Shown here one piece after another: positions 22,258-34,438 of a stretch of DNA of 64,000 bases; the stretch's first letter is position 1; each line of letters starts with the position of its first letter. The translations under genes and the position numbers were made by a program. Source of the DNA: an uncultured Methanosarcinaceae archaeon (GTDB lineage: Archaea; Halobacteriota; Methanosarcinia; Methanosarcinales; Methanosarcinaceae); the NCBI GenBank assembly GCA_963733675.1, contig CAVTET010000003.1:352001-416000 (forward strand), read 5' to 3'. The notes beneath the pieces were generated by a model that was not told where the DNA came from, searched no databases, and worked only from the letters and a program-made list of their open reading frames with translations.

Positions 22258-23035
22258 TTAATTAGCCTGGAATTGCTTTATATCCACAGTCTGATCTGGC
22301 TTTACAGTACGGTAAAGATGATGGTCAGATGGAATCACTTCAACCATAGTATCGATCATTTCTTGTGGATCGCTCTGATAGGAGAAAGCATCTCTGTAGT
22401 CAGGGAGTTTTATTAAACTTTTTTCAGGATCGTACCACTGATACATATTTTCTGCTCCAGTATCATTAAAACCAGTTCTGAAGTCGCCTGGGTTAATAGT
22501 CACGACTTTCACGCCATAGGGCTCAAGCTCTTCTTTCATTGTCCAAGCAATGGTTTCGATAGCAAGCTTAGTTGCACAATAAGTTCCTACAAATGGGGCC
22601 TTCAAAATTTCAGCCATCGATGAAATCCAAATAACCTTGCCATGATTTTGTTTTACCATTTTACGCACAATTAACCCTGTGTCAGCTCTAGATGACTGAA
22701 CACATTCGTCTCAAAGGATTCATGTACCTTTCCACAGGTATCTCGACCATTGCACCACTTTTCATAATTCCGGCATTATTAACTAGAATATCAATATCAT
22801 AGGTCAGAGCATGCTGTCGATCGATATAATCTCGAATATCGAGTTTAATTACTTTAAGTTCGATAGCTTGTTCTTTAGCTTCACATCTTAACTCCCAGAC
22901 TTGGGGCCAGATTTGCACAGCAGCAATAACTTTATGACCTGCTTTGGCCAAAACAAATGCTACCCCTTTACCAAAACCATGCCCAGTACCAGTAATAAGT
23001 ATTGTCTTGCTCATAATTTTGTCCTTATTTTTCAT
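22258..23035 (-). pseudogene. Short-chain dehydrogenase/reductase (SDR), frameshifted
   Basis: TGTGHGFG and LVNNAG in the 5' ORF; YCATK and VVTINPG in the 3' ORF; frameshifts around 22670-22730. Confidence 0.92.
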
Positions 23036-24989
23036 TTATCATCTCTCTTACTCGTTTCCCCTTAAGTTTAGTTAGCATCTCGTTAGGTAACCTTCCGATG
23101 GCTACCGGGAAATTACTAGATTTTTAAATTGGTTAATTTCCTTTGAACACTCACACAGTGACTGATATTTTTAGATACCAAATGTTAACTTTTATTGAAG
23201 AAAGAATTCTTCCTGCAAATTCAGTGTTTCAGTATAAAATGCAAAGCTAACTATATTTTAGTCCAGATTTGAGATCGTATCATCTAAGAGCTAGTTAGTA
23301 TCGTCAACCTAGATCTTCAAAGTTAGGTACTCCCGAATCCCTGCAAGAGCTTTTTCATTCTACTAGATGATTGTTTCAACATTTATTTCACCACGTTATG
23401 GTTAAAAATTAAAATAGAATGGAATTTGTTTTTGGTGACTAGTCAAGCTATCAAAAATTAGTTGATAGATATCTATTCTATTACACCAACAAATTTCGAT
23501 GAACTACAAAACTTATTTAGCTTGTTAGTTATTTTAAATTAATTATAAAAAAATAGTTTATAACCAAAAAGTCTTTGCCAATTGAATATTTCAACATTGA
23601 ACAACAATTAGATATAAATTATGTATTACGATAATTAAGGAATAATGCCCACTTTTCTATCATTCATTTTTCCACAAAACATTTTAAAATCTAACATAAG
23701 GCGATTCGACTCTTGACATCAAAAAGTAGTCGATTCTGGGGCGATTTAAGTCATATTTTTGAGTCATATAGGGAAATCCTAAGGAATAATCAAAGAACCT
23801 CTTTTAGGTGCTGAGATTACGTCATTTATTGATTGACTGAAGAAGGCGCTTGTCTGTCATAATTCATGAGATCAGGACCGTATAATTTCCGTACTAATTA
23901 TTTTAAATTATTAATATTTGAAATATGTACAAAAAAATATATAATTGATTAAATATAGGTATAATTTGAAGATTTTCCAGTGCCTTCAAGCAGATCTTCT
24001 ATTAGGCTGCTGGCATTTCCTAACCTGCAGCTTACAATGTCAACTTTTTGACATATACTGTCGTTAATGACCATGGGGTCTCTGGAATCTCACAACGGAC
24101 AGCAGCTGCAGGATATCCAGATAGATCTTCGAAGGGTAGCGTGCCTAATTTTCTGTAAAATCACAATTCTCAAAAAGTTAATAGGAAGGGAATCCCAAAT
24201 TAGAAGAATTAAATAAACACAGTCAACAAAAATTTAGCTATATATTTACAGCAAATTCGCGACACAATCGAAAGTTTTGTAAATTAGAAACTTTTTACTA
24301 TGTTATGAATTTTTGATTGATCGCAGTCAATTGCTAGTAGAATTAATGGTAACTTTTGCGAGTTCAGGAGATATTAAAAAGTCTCTTTGTTCTCAGGCTG
24401 ATTTATTGTTGGATAATTAGTCCTACGTTTTTTTATGAGATTTGTATAATTAAAGCGCTAACTCTACTACAAGTCCTATAGTGAACATAATGGTCAGGAC
24501 AACATGCTTCGCAAAACTATTAAAGAGAGATACAAACGCAAATGTAATTAAACTAATTGCAATTCATAGAAATCCTTTTGCTTTGTAATAGTAGAATGTA
24601 ATTTCACATTATGATTTACTAGTTCATCACCATCTCTATATCCGATCGAGCCGACTTTTTTTACTAGCCTTTGGTGGTGAGATATTGCTAGCACATTAAT
24701 AATTGAAATTAAAAGAGCTAAGAATAGAAAAAGAAAACATAAACTGATATGGTAGTTACCAAGCTCTTCTCGAAAGGTAGCGGATTTGCCACATTAAAAA
24801 TTAATAAGTGTAAAAGAGAACCCAGCTGATGTGAATATTAAACTTATCAGTGAATGAAAATTCTCCAAAACTCGGTTATGTTCATCGAATATATCTTTTT
24901 CGATTTTTTCTTGTTATTTTGGATATCCATTTCTACCATACAGTTAACTCCATGATCAATTTTAGAATAAATGATATCCTTAATTAATC

Positions 24990-25152
24990 AGGATTTACGC
25001 AGTTGAACTCAGAATCAGTAGCATAAAACTTCTACTGGTTAGATTAACACTTTAGGTACAAAATCAAGTATAATAGACCTTGCAGTTGAGAATAATTTTT
25101 TAGACAACTGAAGATTTAATGTTATTTATTTCCCAGTTCAACTGCATAAATA
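24990..25152. mobile_element. ~160-bp MITE-like element with TIR AGGATTTACGCAGTTGAACT
   Basis: atttacgcagttgaact ... agttcaactgcataaat terminal inverted repeats; no ORF. Confidence 0.7.
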
Positions 25153-25266
25153 ATGTATAAGTCATATATTCTACTTTTTATATTAGATCTCTTTTCAATT
25201 CTATCAGGTTTTATGTCTAGAGGGTTTTAGGGTCCGTTGAAGTGCCATCACATGTTCTTGAAGTCC

Positions 25267-25830
25267 TTATCCCCGTCTAGGAATTACAGATTCATTTTCC
25301 GAGTCCGCAAAATGAAGGGGAATATATGAAACCCCTGTTGCCATTACAATATCTACATCTATCAATGCTTTGTAAATTGCTGTGTTGAGCCCATCCTCTG
25401 AAATTCTGGTATCACATAGTTTTCTATCCAGCATCTGACTTTGAACTGCACTCCAAATTATGTAAACCCGCATAAGAGAGCCTTTATAGGTTTATCATGC
25501 ATGATCCAGTCTTCGTGCGCCAGATACTCATGAATCCGATTTCGAACATGCTCAACGTCATGGCCAAGTATACGATGACAAAGGTCTCAACACGAAACAT
25601 CCTGTCAGATAGAAATCACTCCTGATAAGTTCATTGCTGATTACAGAATTATATATTGCTACCTTACGGTTATCTCTTATAAGAATCCAGTTGACCTCCA
25701 GGTGATATCTTTCACATCTCCCCAGATATCTAGCCTAGCTTTTCTATCCTTATATGGTCTTCAATTCGGAAGTGGCGATCAATTGAAGTTGCCTGATCAA
25801 ATTTCCTTCCCTTTTCCTGTCAAAGCTGAG
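25267..25830 (-). pseudogene. Small-conductance mechanosensitive channel (MscS family) relic
   Basis: Fragments across frames: FRIEDHIRIEK, DIWGDVKDITWRST, DVEHVRNRI, VQFKVRCWIENY, DGLNTAIYKAL. Confidence 0.7.
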
Positions 25831-25912
25831 AGAAACATTATGTTCGGACACAAAATTCTCTTTTTCCAGGGATCAAGGATAATTATTTACTCTCATTTCC
25901 CCTATTTTTGCC

Positions 25913-27010
25913 ATGATTTTTGATCCTATCACAATCTGCAACATGGAAATCCAGAATCGATTTGTAAGATCCGCAACACATGAATTCATGGCTGAAAAGG
26001 ATGGAAAACCCACTTCAAGGTTAGGGGATCTTTACGAGGTACTTGCAAAAAATGAAGTCAAGTTAATTATAACTGGCTATTCTTATGTTCTTCCTGGAGG
26101 CCAGAGTGATATTTTCCAACAGGGAATCTATGAAGACCGTTTTATTGAAACCTACCTGAAGATAACTGAAAAAGTGCACAGATACAAAAGTAAGATAGTA
26201 CTCCAGATAGTTCATGCAGGTAGGCAAGCAACTACTTCTGAAGAATACATGGTTCCAATAGCTCCTTCCAAAATAAAAGATGTATACTCAGCAGTTGTGC
26301 CGAGGGAAATGACCGAGCAGGAAATTCTGGAAGTAATCGAGGCCTTCACGATAGCAGCTGCCCGGACAAAAAAAGCAGGTTTTGACGGTGTACAGCTCCA
26401 CTGTGCCCATGGTTTTCTTCTAAGTGATTTTATCTCCCCATATACAAACAGAAGGACTGATCGGTGGGGTGGCTCAGTGGAAAACAGAGCAAGAATAGTT
26501 ACTGAGATTGTCAGGCGCATCAAAGAGCAGGCTGGATCTGATTTCCCTATCCTGGTCAAATTGAATGCAACGGATGCTTTTCGGCCTAACTCCCAGAGGA
26601 CAGATATGAGAGTTGAAATTTCACAAGCTATTGAGACTGCAAAAGTTTTGGAGAAAGCTGGAGTTTGTGCAATCGAGGTTAGCGGAGGGCTAAGTAAGAC
26701 AAGTGGGGTAGCCATAAGATTAGCTATTAACTCTCCTACCAAAGAAGCATATTTTAGAGAATATTCTAAAGCAATAAAAAAGGCCGTAAATATACCTGTA
26801 ATCCTTGTAGGTGGCATTAGATCCCTTTCTGTAATGGAATATCTTCTCGAAAACGGATTTGCTGATATGGTTTCCATGAGCAGGACATTTATCTGCGAGC
26901 CTGATCTTGTTTTACAACTCAAATCCGGGAAAACTACAAAAGCAAGGTGTGTATCCTGTAATCTCTGCTTTGATATCGAGGGGATCAAGTGCAACTTCGA
27001 GTTTAATTGA
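25913..27010 (+). CDS. NADH:flavin oxidoreductase (Old Yellow Enzyme family)
   Basis: NRFVRSAT, QIVHAGRQ, GFDGVQLHCAHGFLLS.FISP.TNRRTD.WGGS.ENR; C-terminal CVSCNLC. Confidence 0.95.
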   Translation: MIFDPITICNMEIQNRFVRSATHEFMAEKDGKPTSRLGDLYEVLAKNEVKLIITGYSYVLPGGQSDIFQQGIYEDRFIETYLKITEKVHRYKSKIVLQIVHAGRQATTSEEYMVPIAPSKIKDVYSAVVPREMTEQEILEVIEAFTIAAARTKKAGFDGVQLHCAHGFLLSDFISPYTNRRTDRWGGSVENRARIVTEIVRRIKEQAGSDFPILVKLNATDAFRPNSQRTDMRVEISQAIETAKVLEKAGVCAIEVSGGLSKTSGVAIRLAINSPTKEAYFREYSKAIKKAVNIPVILVGGIRSLSVMEYLLENGFADMVSMSRTFICEPDLVLQLKSGKTTKARCVSCNLCFDIEGIKCNFEFN

Positions 27011-27223
27011 AGTTCAGATACCATAAACTATCTATCAATCTCCCTTTTCAACTCTCGATAAACTTTGTTTTCGTATTTTTCGATTGTTTTTTCAACAAAT
27101 TTTAACGTATATTTTATAAGAGAGAAGCAAAAGAAATAAACATGTAAAGCTAGTAAAAGGGATTTTGTGTTATACTTTTCTTCAAGGTCCACTAACTTGA
27201 AATCATGTATGAGGATCAGAATA

Positions 27224-27802
27224 ATGTCTAAAGAAAACCACGTTGGCAATAAGATATGCCAGCTTAGAGAAGTCAAGGAAATGAGTGTTGAAGAACTGGC
27301 TGAAGCCAGTCAAAGCAGCGTGGAATTAGTTCAACAGTTAGAAAACGGAGATCTGGTGCCATCCTTAACGTCTCTTCTGAAGATTGCCCGAGCTCTAGGC
27401 ACCCGCTTAGGTACTTTTTTGGATGATATGCCACAGAGCGGACCTGTTATTGTTAGGGCAGGATTACTTAAAAATGTGGTACGTTTTTCGGGTAAGGCTG
27501 AAATCCCAACGAAAAGTTCTCTTGAGTTTTATTCACCTGCCTCAGATAAAGCAGACCGCCATATGGAGCCTTTTATCATCGATATACATCCCTCTCCTAA
27601 GGTAAACCACAAACTCTCTTCCCATGAAGGAGAGAAATTCATCTATGTCCTTTCAGGGGAAATTGAGATTTTCTACGGGAAAGATGTTCAAAGGCTAAAC
27701 TCAGGAGACAGCATTTACTATGACTCAATTGTCCCGCATGATGTACATGCAGCAGGAGAAGAGGATGCAAGAATTATGGCTGTGGTTTATGCTCCTGCAT
27801 AA
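27224..27802 (+). CDS. XRE-family HTH plus cupin transcriptional regulator
   Basis: [19 protein letters not shown]...LENG; cupin [28 protein letters not shown]; gagga RBS before ATG 27224. Confidence 0.92.
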   Translation: MSKENHVGNKICQLREVKEMSVEELAEASQSSVELVQQLENGDLVPSLTSLLKIARALGTRLGTFLDDMPQSGPVIVRAGLLKNVVRFSGKAEIPTKSSLEFYSPASDKADRHMEPFIIDIHPSPKVNHKLSSHEGEKFIYVLSGEIEIFYGKDVQRLNSGDSIYYDSIVPHDVHAAGEEDARIMAVVYAPA

Positions 27803-27908
27803 AGTCTCAGTCTGGATTGAATAGATTAAAAACTTAAAATATAATATCTGGAATCTATAGAGTTGATAAATATCAAAATACAAGTATTTCAAAGCACAGG
27901 AATCCAAA

Positions 27909-28352
27909 ATGTTCAGTACAAATGTTAGTCCGCGATTTGGGGACATGGACGGGCTTGGGCATATAAATAATACTGTCCTCCCAATATGGTTTGAAACAGG
28001 AAGAAACCCCTTATTCCGGATATTTTCACCGGATCTTGATCTTAGTCCTGATGTATGGCATCTGATCCTCGTCAGGACCGAATTTGATTTTCTTCGTCAG
28101 ATGTATTATAGGTCTGACGTGGAAATTAGGACTTTTATTGTGAAGATAGGAAACAGCTCCTTTACAGTTGGGCACGAAGCCTGGCAAGAAGGGGAACTCA
28201 AGGCCAGGGGTCAAGCAGTACTAGTCTATTATGACTTCAAGATCAAGAAATCAATGCCTCTTCCAAACAAGATTCGTGACATTTTGAAAACGCACATATC
28301 TCCTGCCATAGATACTGATGAAATGAATGTTGATTCCTCTTGTTCTATTTGA
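27909..28352 (+). CDS. Acyl-CoA thioesterase (4HBT/FadM hotdog fold)
   Basis: RFGDMDGLGHINNTV..WFETGR, KIGNSSF. Confidence 0.92.
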   Translation: MFSTNVSPRFGDMDGLGHINNTVLPIWFETGRNPLFRIFSPDLDLSPDVWHLILVRTEFDFLRQMYYRSDVEIRTFIVKIGNSSFTVGHEAWQEGELKARGQAVLVYYDFKIKKSMPLPNKIRDILKTHISPAIDTDEMNVDSSCSI

Positions 28353-28580
28353 ACGTTCTTGATATAAAGCCCGCAAAATGAGCTTCACAGCATTGAAAAT
28401 ATTTTTACTCCCTAGTAACATTTTGAGCATATCTTTGGATCATTGATAAAATCTTGAAAATTAGTATGTCTCCAATTCTTGGAAAAATGTGAAGAGAGTC
28501 TTAAGTTTACGATTTTCAACAACTAATGGACAAAAACAAAAGTTTCTAAAGGTAGAAAATGCAAGTAAGAGGCTGAAACC

Positions 28581-30346
28581 ATGCTATTATTGAAAATTCC
28601 CTCGGGGAGTTCTACGAGAAACAAGTGACTTTAGATCCTGACCACGAGTTTGTCGTTTATCCGGACCGAAACCTGCGTTTTACTTACGGGCAGTTCGACG
28701 AAAGAGCTAATAACCTTGCTAAAGGGCTTCTTGCCATTGGGATAAAGAAAGGAGATCATGTAGGAATCTGGGCAAAGAACGTTCCGGACTGGCTTGCCTT
28801 TATGTTTGCTACTGCAAAGATCGGTGCAGTACTTGTTACTGTAAATACCGCTTATAAGAGCCATGAAGTCGAATACATACTCAAACAATCTAATGTGAAG
28901 ACACTGGCTCTTATCGATAGTTTCCAAGATGTTGATTATCTCAGAATTATCTATGATTTGCTCCCTGAGCTCAAAAATTCAGACAGGGGGCGCTTGAAAA
29001 GCAAAAATTTCCCATGCCTGAAGAGTTTGATTTACATAGGTCAGGAAAAACATAGGGGCATGTTCAATAGCAGAGAGCTTATGCTTCTTGGCAGTCATTA
29101 TCCCAATGATGAACTTCGGAAAATACTAACATGTTTGAACGGTGATAACGTTATCAATATGCAATATACTTCAGAAACTACTGGTTTCCCAAAAGGGGTT
29201 ATGCTGACCAGCAAAAATATCCTTAACACTGGCCTTTTCATAGGCGACCGTCAGAAGTTCACCCAAAAAGATCGAGTTTGTCTACCTGTGCCCCTTTTTC
29301 ACTGCTTTGGAATTGTACTTGGAGTCATGGCAGTCTTAACCCACAGAGCAACGCTTGTGATGCTTGAAGTTTTCCGAACTCTAGTTGCTAGATGCAGTCC
29401 AGAAAGAAAGATGTACAGCTCTCTACGGCGTACCTACGATGTTTATGCTGAGTACAACCACCCAATGTTTAATATGTGACCTTTCTTCCCTCAGAACCGG
29501 GATCATGGCTGGCTCGATATGTCCTGTGGAAGTTATGAAAAAAGTCATGACACAGGTATGAACTGTTATCAGATTACTAGTGTCTACGAGCTTACAGAAG
29601 CTTCCCCTGGTATGACCCAGACTGTTGTTGACGATCCTGTTGAGCTTAGAGCTGAAACCGTAGGTAAGTCTTTCCCTGAAATAGAGGTAAGAGTTATTGA
29701 CCCGAGTACCAATAAACAAGTGCCTACAGATACGGTTGGGGAAATTTGTTGCCGTGGGTACAATGTAATGAAAGGGTACTACAAGATGCCTGAAGAAACT
29801 AAAAAAGTTATCGATGAAGATGGCTGGCTTCATAGTGGAGACCTCGGAACCTGCGATGAAAAAGGTTACTATAGGATCACTGGCCGAATGAAAGATGTGA
29901 TTATTAGAGGAGGTGAAAACATTTATCCCCGAGAGATTGAGGAGTTCTTGCATGGAATTCCAGGAATTAAAGATTCACAGGTGGTAGGCATCCCTGACAA
30001 GAAATATGGAGAAATCGTGGGAGCCTTTGTAATTCTCAAAAAAGGTATAGAACTAACAGAAGATGACATCAGAGATTATACTTCTAGCCGAATCTCTCGC
30101 TATAAAGTCTCAAAACACGTTTTCTTTGTAGATAATTATCCCCTTACAGCAAGTGGTAAAATCCAAAAATATAAGGTTAGGGAATTAGCGGTAGAGCTCC
30201 TCAAAAAAACTGAAGAATTTGTAGTTAATTCATTCTATCAATATAATATCGATATCCTTTTTCCATTAAATTCTCAACGGATTCATTTTCTTGCCCAGCT
30301 CCAAAAAAAGAATAAATTTCTTCAAATAGCTGGTCCAAGCAAATGA
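28581..30346 (+). pseudogene. AMP-binding acyl-CoA synthetase with multiple frameshifts
   Basis: [12 protein letters not shown] (Gly to Glu change in the A3 motif), [46 protein letters not shown]; split near 28590, 29375-29480 and 29540. Confidence 0.92.
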
Positions 30347-30731
30347 AAGTACTTTTCATCTTATCTTCTATGACAATTTATTTAATAATTAACTGGAGCA
30401 AATAGGTTGCCTGATACTTGGTTCTCAAAAATTTGTCTAAAATTGATCCTGAATTGCCAACGAGAGCTTAAATGTGACATTGATAAACAACGATTTGCAT
30501 TTCCATTATAGTTACAGTTGAAATCCTCTAATTAAAGCTACCATTTCCATTCTAGCAATTAGCTGCACTTACTGTAGCTGTAACGGTTGCTATAAAAAAG
30601 ACTACAAATAATAGACTCAGTGTTTTTTTTTGTTCTGTAAATATTTGTTTTTCCATTTGAAGACCAAATATAAATTTGCATACAGTTGAATATTAGCAGA
30701 AATGGGTAGACTGTTAAAGAATACAATCTTA

Positions 30732-31586
30732 GGTTCCGTTGCAAAAAATCCTTTCTAATGATACAATAGAATAAAAAGAAAACCAAAGATAGTAACATGC
30801 TATCTAATTCCTTTAAATGGAAGCATTATGAAGGGGAAATTATCTTATTGAATGTAAGATGGTACTTAAAATATGCATTAAGTTATAGAAATTTAAAGGA
30901 AATGATGGCATAAAGGGGAGTAAAAGTCGACCATACAACAATCATGAGATGGGTACATCAATATTCCCCTGAAATAGAAAAGAAGATAAGAAGACATTTA
31001 AGACCAACAAATGATTCGTGGAGAGTTGATGAAACCTATATCAAAGTAAAAGGTAAATGGAAATATTTTTACCGAGCAGTTGACTCAAATGGAGATACAA
31101 TTGATTTCATGTTAAGTTCAAAACGAGATAGAAAGGCAGCGAAGAGATTCTTTAAGAAAGCTTTAAGTTCTAATCATAATCAAATTCCAAGATTAATAAC
31201 CGTTGATAAGAATCCAGCTTATCCACCTGCTATAGATAAACTAAAAATTGATAAAATACTACCTAAAAACGTAGGCATTCGACAAATCAAGTATTTGAAT
31301 AACATTATAGAACAAGATCACAGATCTATAAAGAGAATCGTTAATCCAATGTTAGGATTTCAGTCTTTTCGATCTGCTAATAAGACTTTAAAAGGAATTG
31401 AAGCTATAAATATGATCAAAAAAGGACAGGTAATCGATCTAAATTACTCTGTTCTTAATGAAGTCAAATACATTAATCAATTATTTGATATAGTTTTATA
31501 ATGTTAGTACATTTTCCTTGAATGTTTTGATTTTTATTAATCACTTATAGATTTACATATTTTGTTGAAGTTTTTGCAACGGAACC
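30732..31586 (+). mobile_element. IS6-family element, copy 1 (transposase 30797-31501 with premature TAA at 30911)
   Basis: TIRs GGTTCCGTTGCAAAAA / TTTTTGCAACGGAACC; WRVDETYIKVKGKW, TVDK, NNIIEQDHR DDE motifs. Confidence 0.95.
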
Positions 31587-31912
31587 CCTCCCAGACATCA
31601 TGAAAAGCACACAAGGTCAAGGGCACATGGCTTACTTCAAGCTGTCTTTTCGTATCCCTTAAATCTTACTGCGGTTTATTCAACTAATTGCTGGGCTGGC
31701 GTTGATTCCTGATTATAATTCTCGTTTATGGTGAACCTATTAGTTAACTCAATCCCTTGTCCCTTTTAAGTAAAGTTCTCCATCTAACTGGTCGACAAGA
31801 GAAGTTACTGCTCCATCAGAGGTATCAAGATTTTCAACACAAAGATCTTAGTTATCACCCCATTAATCAATGTTAAAAATTAAGTAAAGAAATTAAATGT
31901 TGTTTTTCCAAA

Positions 31913-32619
31913 ATGTCACTACTATATTTTACTAGTCCTAAAACTGGAACTTTTGAATATAATCCACAATCAGGAACGGTACTGAATGTAGGTATGCAAC
32001 AAACATTGAATACTGCTTTTACACCAACTGATAACGTTAATTATACAACAGTTTCAGCAAGTGTTTTTATTAATGTGCTCAATACTACACAGGTGACTCC
32101 TACAATCACCTGGAATAAACCAGCTGACATAACATATGGTACAGCATTAAGCAGCAATCAGCTAAATGCAACTAGTCCTGAATCTGGAAGTTTTACATAT
32201 AATCCACCACCAGGAACGGTATTAAGTGCAGGTCAAAACCATCAACTGGCTACGATTTTCACACCAACTGATACTGCAAACTATACAACGGCATCAGCAA
32301 CTGCTTTGATCAATGTCCTGACTCCTACGCAGAAAATCAATCAAATGATTACTTTTGTACAAGGTATAACCACTCCTAGTGAGCTGGATGAAGGATCATC
32401 TTATGAACTAACAGCTATGCTCCGAGCTTCAGAAAAAAAGTCTAGATGAAATGGAACGCGAGCCAACGGGAGGTATGCTGGCATTAATTACTAACTTAAT
32501 ACTTTTACTGGTAAGGTAAAAGAGTGCATCAATAATGGTCAACTTTCATCAAAAAAGGGCATATATTGATTAATGTAGCAAATGATATAATTAATTATGT
32601 AAGAAATCAAGTTAGGTAA
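31913..32619 (+). pseudogene. C-terminal fragment of a surface protein (MBG/Ig-like repeats plus helical C-terminal domain)
   Basis: TPTITWNKPADITYGTALSSNQLNAT..GSFTYNPP.GTVL.AG...FTPTD.ANYTT repeat (about 1.5 copies); no signal peptide; frameshifted tail LNTFTGKV..INNGQLS..LINVANDII. Confidence 0.75.
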
Positions 32620-32654
32620 GCAGAATTTATTCGGAAGGAATATACAACACGCCT

Positions 32655-32915
32655 AAAAACAAGAATTATGCAGTCTGTTAGCAGAGCGAGTTAAATAGTT
32701 AGAAAAAATAAGTCTTAAAGCATCGAGTTGATAATTCCACTAACTACACAAACAATATTTTATTGTTGTTAATTTCATGTTGATAGATGTAATCTCCATG
32801 CATAATTTAAAAGGGTTGGTCACTAATTTTCCAGGGCAATAATGAAATTCTTTAAGGTAATCAGTATTGCCCGATTTCTTTTTTGATCTTCTGTAGCAAT
32901 TATTGTTTGTCCTTC
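32655..32915 (+). repeat. Dispersed ~270-bp non-coding element, copy 2 (candidate sRNA locus)
   Basis: Reverse complement of 10998-11260; ends gggcaata...tattgcccgatttcttttttg. Confidence 0.8.
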
Positions 32916-32986
32916 AATTCATTAACTTTCATAGATCCAAATTCCTAAATATTGAATACAGCTACTAACTATCAAATATACTTTCA

Positions 32987-33287
32987 GGTACCATCACAGC
33001 TATAGAAAATAAAGAAGCTGGCATAATCTATAAGTTTGGTTACTATGGAGGCAAAACTGAAATACAGGATATAACTTCTGGAATACAAAGGGCTTTTGAT
33101 GCCGAAACTGGTAAATAAATGTGTGAATTCAATTATAGGAGCCCAAATTAGCATAGGTGGACCATCTATAGGAGCCGGTATGCTATTGATATCCACAGAA
33201 AACATATGGAAGCCGCAAACTTTGGGGGCTACACGTTGCCTTCGGACTTCCAAAAGAGTAAATGATTATACAGCTCGAGAGGCATAA
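32987..33287 (+). pseudogene. C-terminal relic of a PQQ-like beta-propeller protein
   Basis: RAFDAETGK*MCEFN / GAQISIGGPSIGAGMLLI / LGGYT / FGLP across frames. Confidence 0.6.
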
Positions 33288-33520
33288 AAGGATCCTCTCA
33301 AAGATCTTTTTGTGGATACTCACTTTATTGAAATTTTAAGTTAAAAACTTGAGAAAGCATTGGAATTGGAATCAATAAGACTTGGGGGTTGCCATAGAAA
33401 ACTTTGAAAAGCCTAGATATTCTCTGCCGAATACTCATGAAAAAAAGTTTTCCTGAAAGGTATTACTTCCAAGGAGGATATAAGATATCAAATACTGATT
33501 TCATAGCATGGAGAATAACT

Positions 33521-34438
33521 ATGATTGAAACTAGAGAGATAGCGAAAGTCCTTAAGAGCAAACCAACAATTGAAGGGGCTGGGGTCCACCTCAAAAGAGC
33601 ATTTGGATTCAGCCAGGTTCCCATGTTTGACCCTTTTTTGCTCCTTGATGATTTTAGGTCCGATAATCCAGAGCATTATCTCAAAGGGTTTCCTTGGCAC
33701 CCTCATCGTGGTATAGAGACAATTACCTATGTTCTTCGTGGTGACGTAGAACATGGGGACAGCATGGGAAATAAGGGGATTATTTCATCAGGTGACGTAC
33801 AATGGATGACTGCAGGAAGCGGAATAATCCACCAAGAAATGCCCAAAGGAAATCATGATGGCTCAATGTACGGATTTCAGCTATGGGCTAATCTCCCCAA
33901 AACCCACAAAATGATGGAACCACACTATCGGGATGTGAAGAGTGATCAAATTCCTATAGTATCGTTGCCTAATGGCACGAAAACCAGGGTCATTTGTGGA
34001 AGTGCAGGTGGTAGACAAGGGCCTGTGCGAGATATAGTCACTGATCCTGAATATCTTGATATAACCGTTCCAGCTGGATTGGAGTTCGCTCATCCTACCA
34101 AGCGCAAGCACACCGTTTTAGCATATATCATAGAGGGAAAAGGGTACTTCTGCAAGGAGAAAAAACCATTTTCCTACGAAATGGAAGGAATCAACTATTT
34201 CGACATGAAGCAAGACCCCTGCCTGGTAAACGGAGATCTTGTCCTCTTTGGCGATGGTGATCAAGTTATGGTCTCAACTGAAGGAGAGCATGTAAGGTTC
34301 CTGCTAATATCGGGAAAGCCCATTGGTGAACCGGTTGCTTGGTATGGTCCTATTGTAATGAACACGCAAGATGAGTTACGCATCGCTTTTGAGAAACTCG
34401 ACAATGAGACTTTTATCAAGCATAAAAGATCTTACTGA
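33521..34438 (+). CDS. Pirin family protein
   Basis: EGAGV, DPFLLLDDF, GFPWHPHRGIETITY, QWMTAGSGIIHQE, QLWANLP, GPIVMNT; ggag RBS before ATG 33521. Confidence 0.96.
   Translation: MIETREIAKVLKSKPTIEGAGVHLKRAFGFSQVPMFDPFLLLDDFRSDNPEHYLKGFPWHPHRGIETITYVLRGDVEHGDSMGNKGIISSGDVQWMTAGSGIIHQEMPKGNHDGSMYGFQLWANLPKTHKMMEPHYRDVKSDQIPIVSLPNGTKTRVICGSAGGRQGPVRDIVTDPEYLDITVPAGLEFAHPTKRKHTVLAYIIEGKGYFCKEKKPFSYEMEGINYFDMKQDPCLVNGDLVLFGDGDQVMVSTEGEHVRFLLISGKPIGEPVAWYGPIVMNTQDELRIAFEKLDNETFIKHKRSY

Noticed and set aside
26212-27024. 270-aa minus-strand ORF
   Set aside because: It is fully antisense to the well-supported OYE gene and has no motifs; the same applies to the antisense ORFs over pirin, the APC transporter, the aminotransferase and phi
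31590-31860. Possible MarR-like relic (GAVTSLVDQL) on the minus strand
   Set aside because: Too short and degraded to support a call
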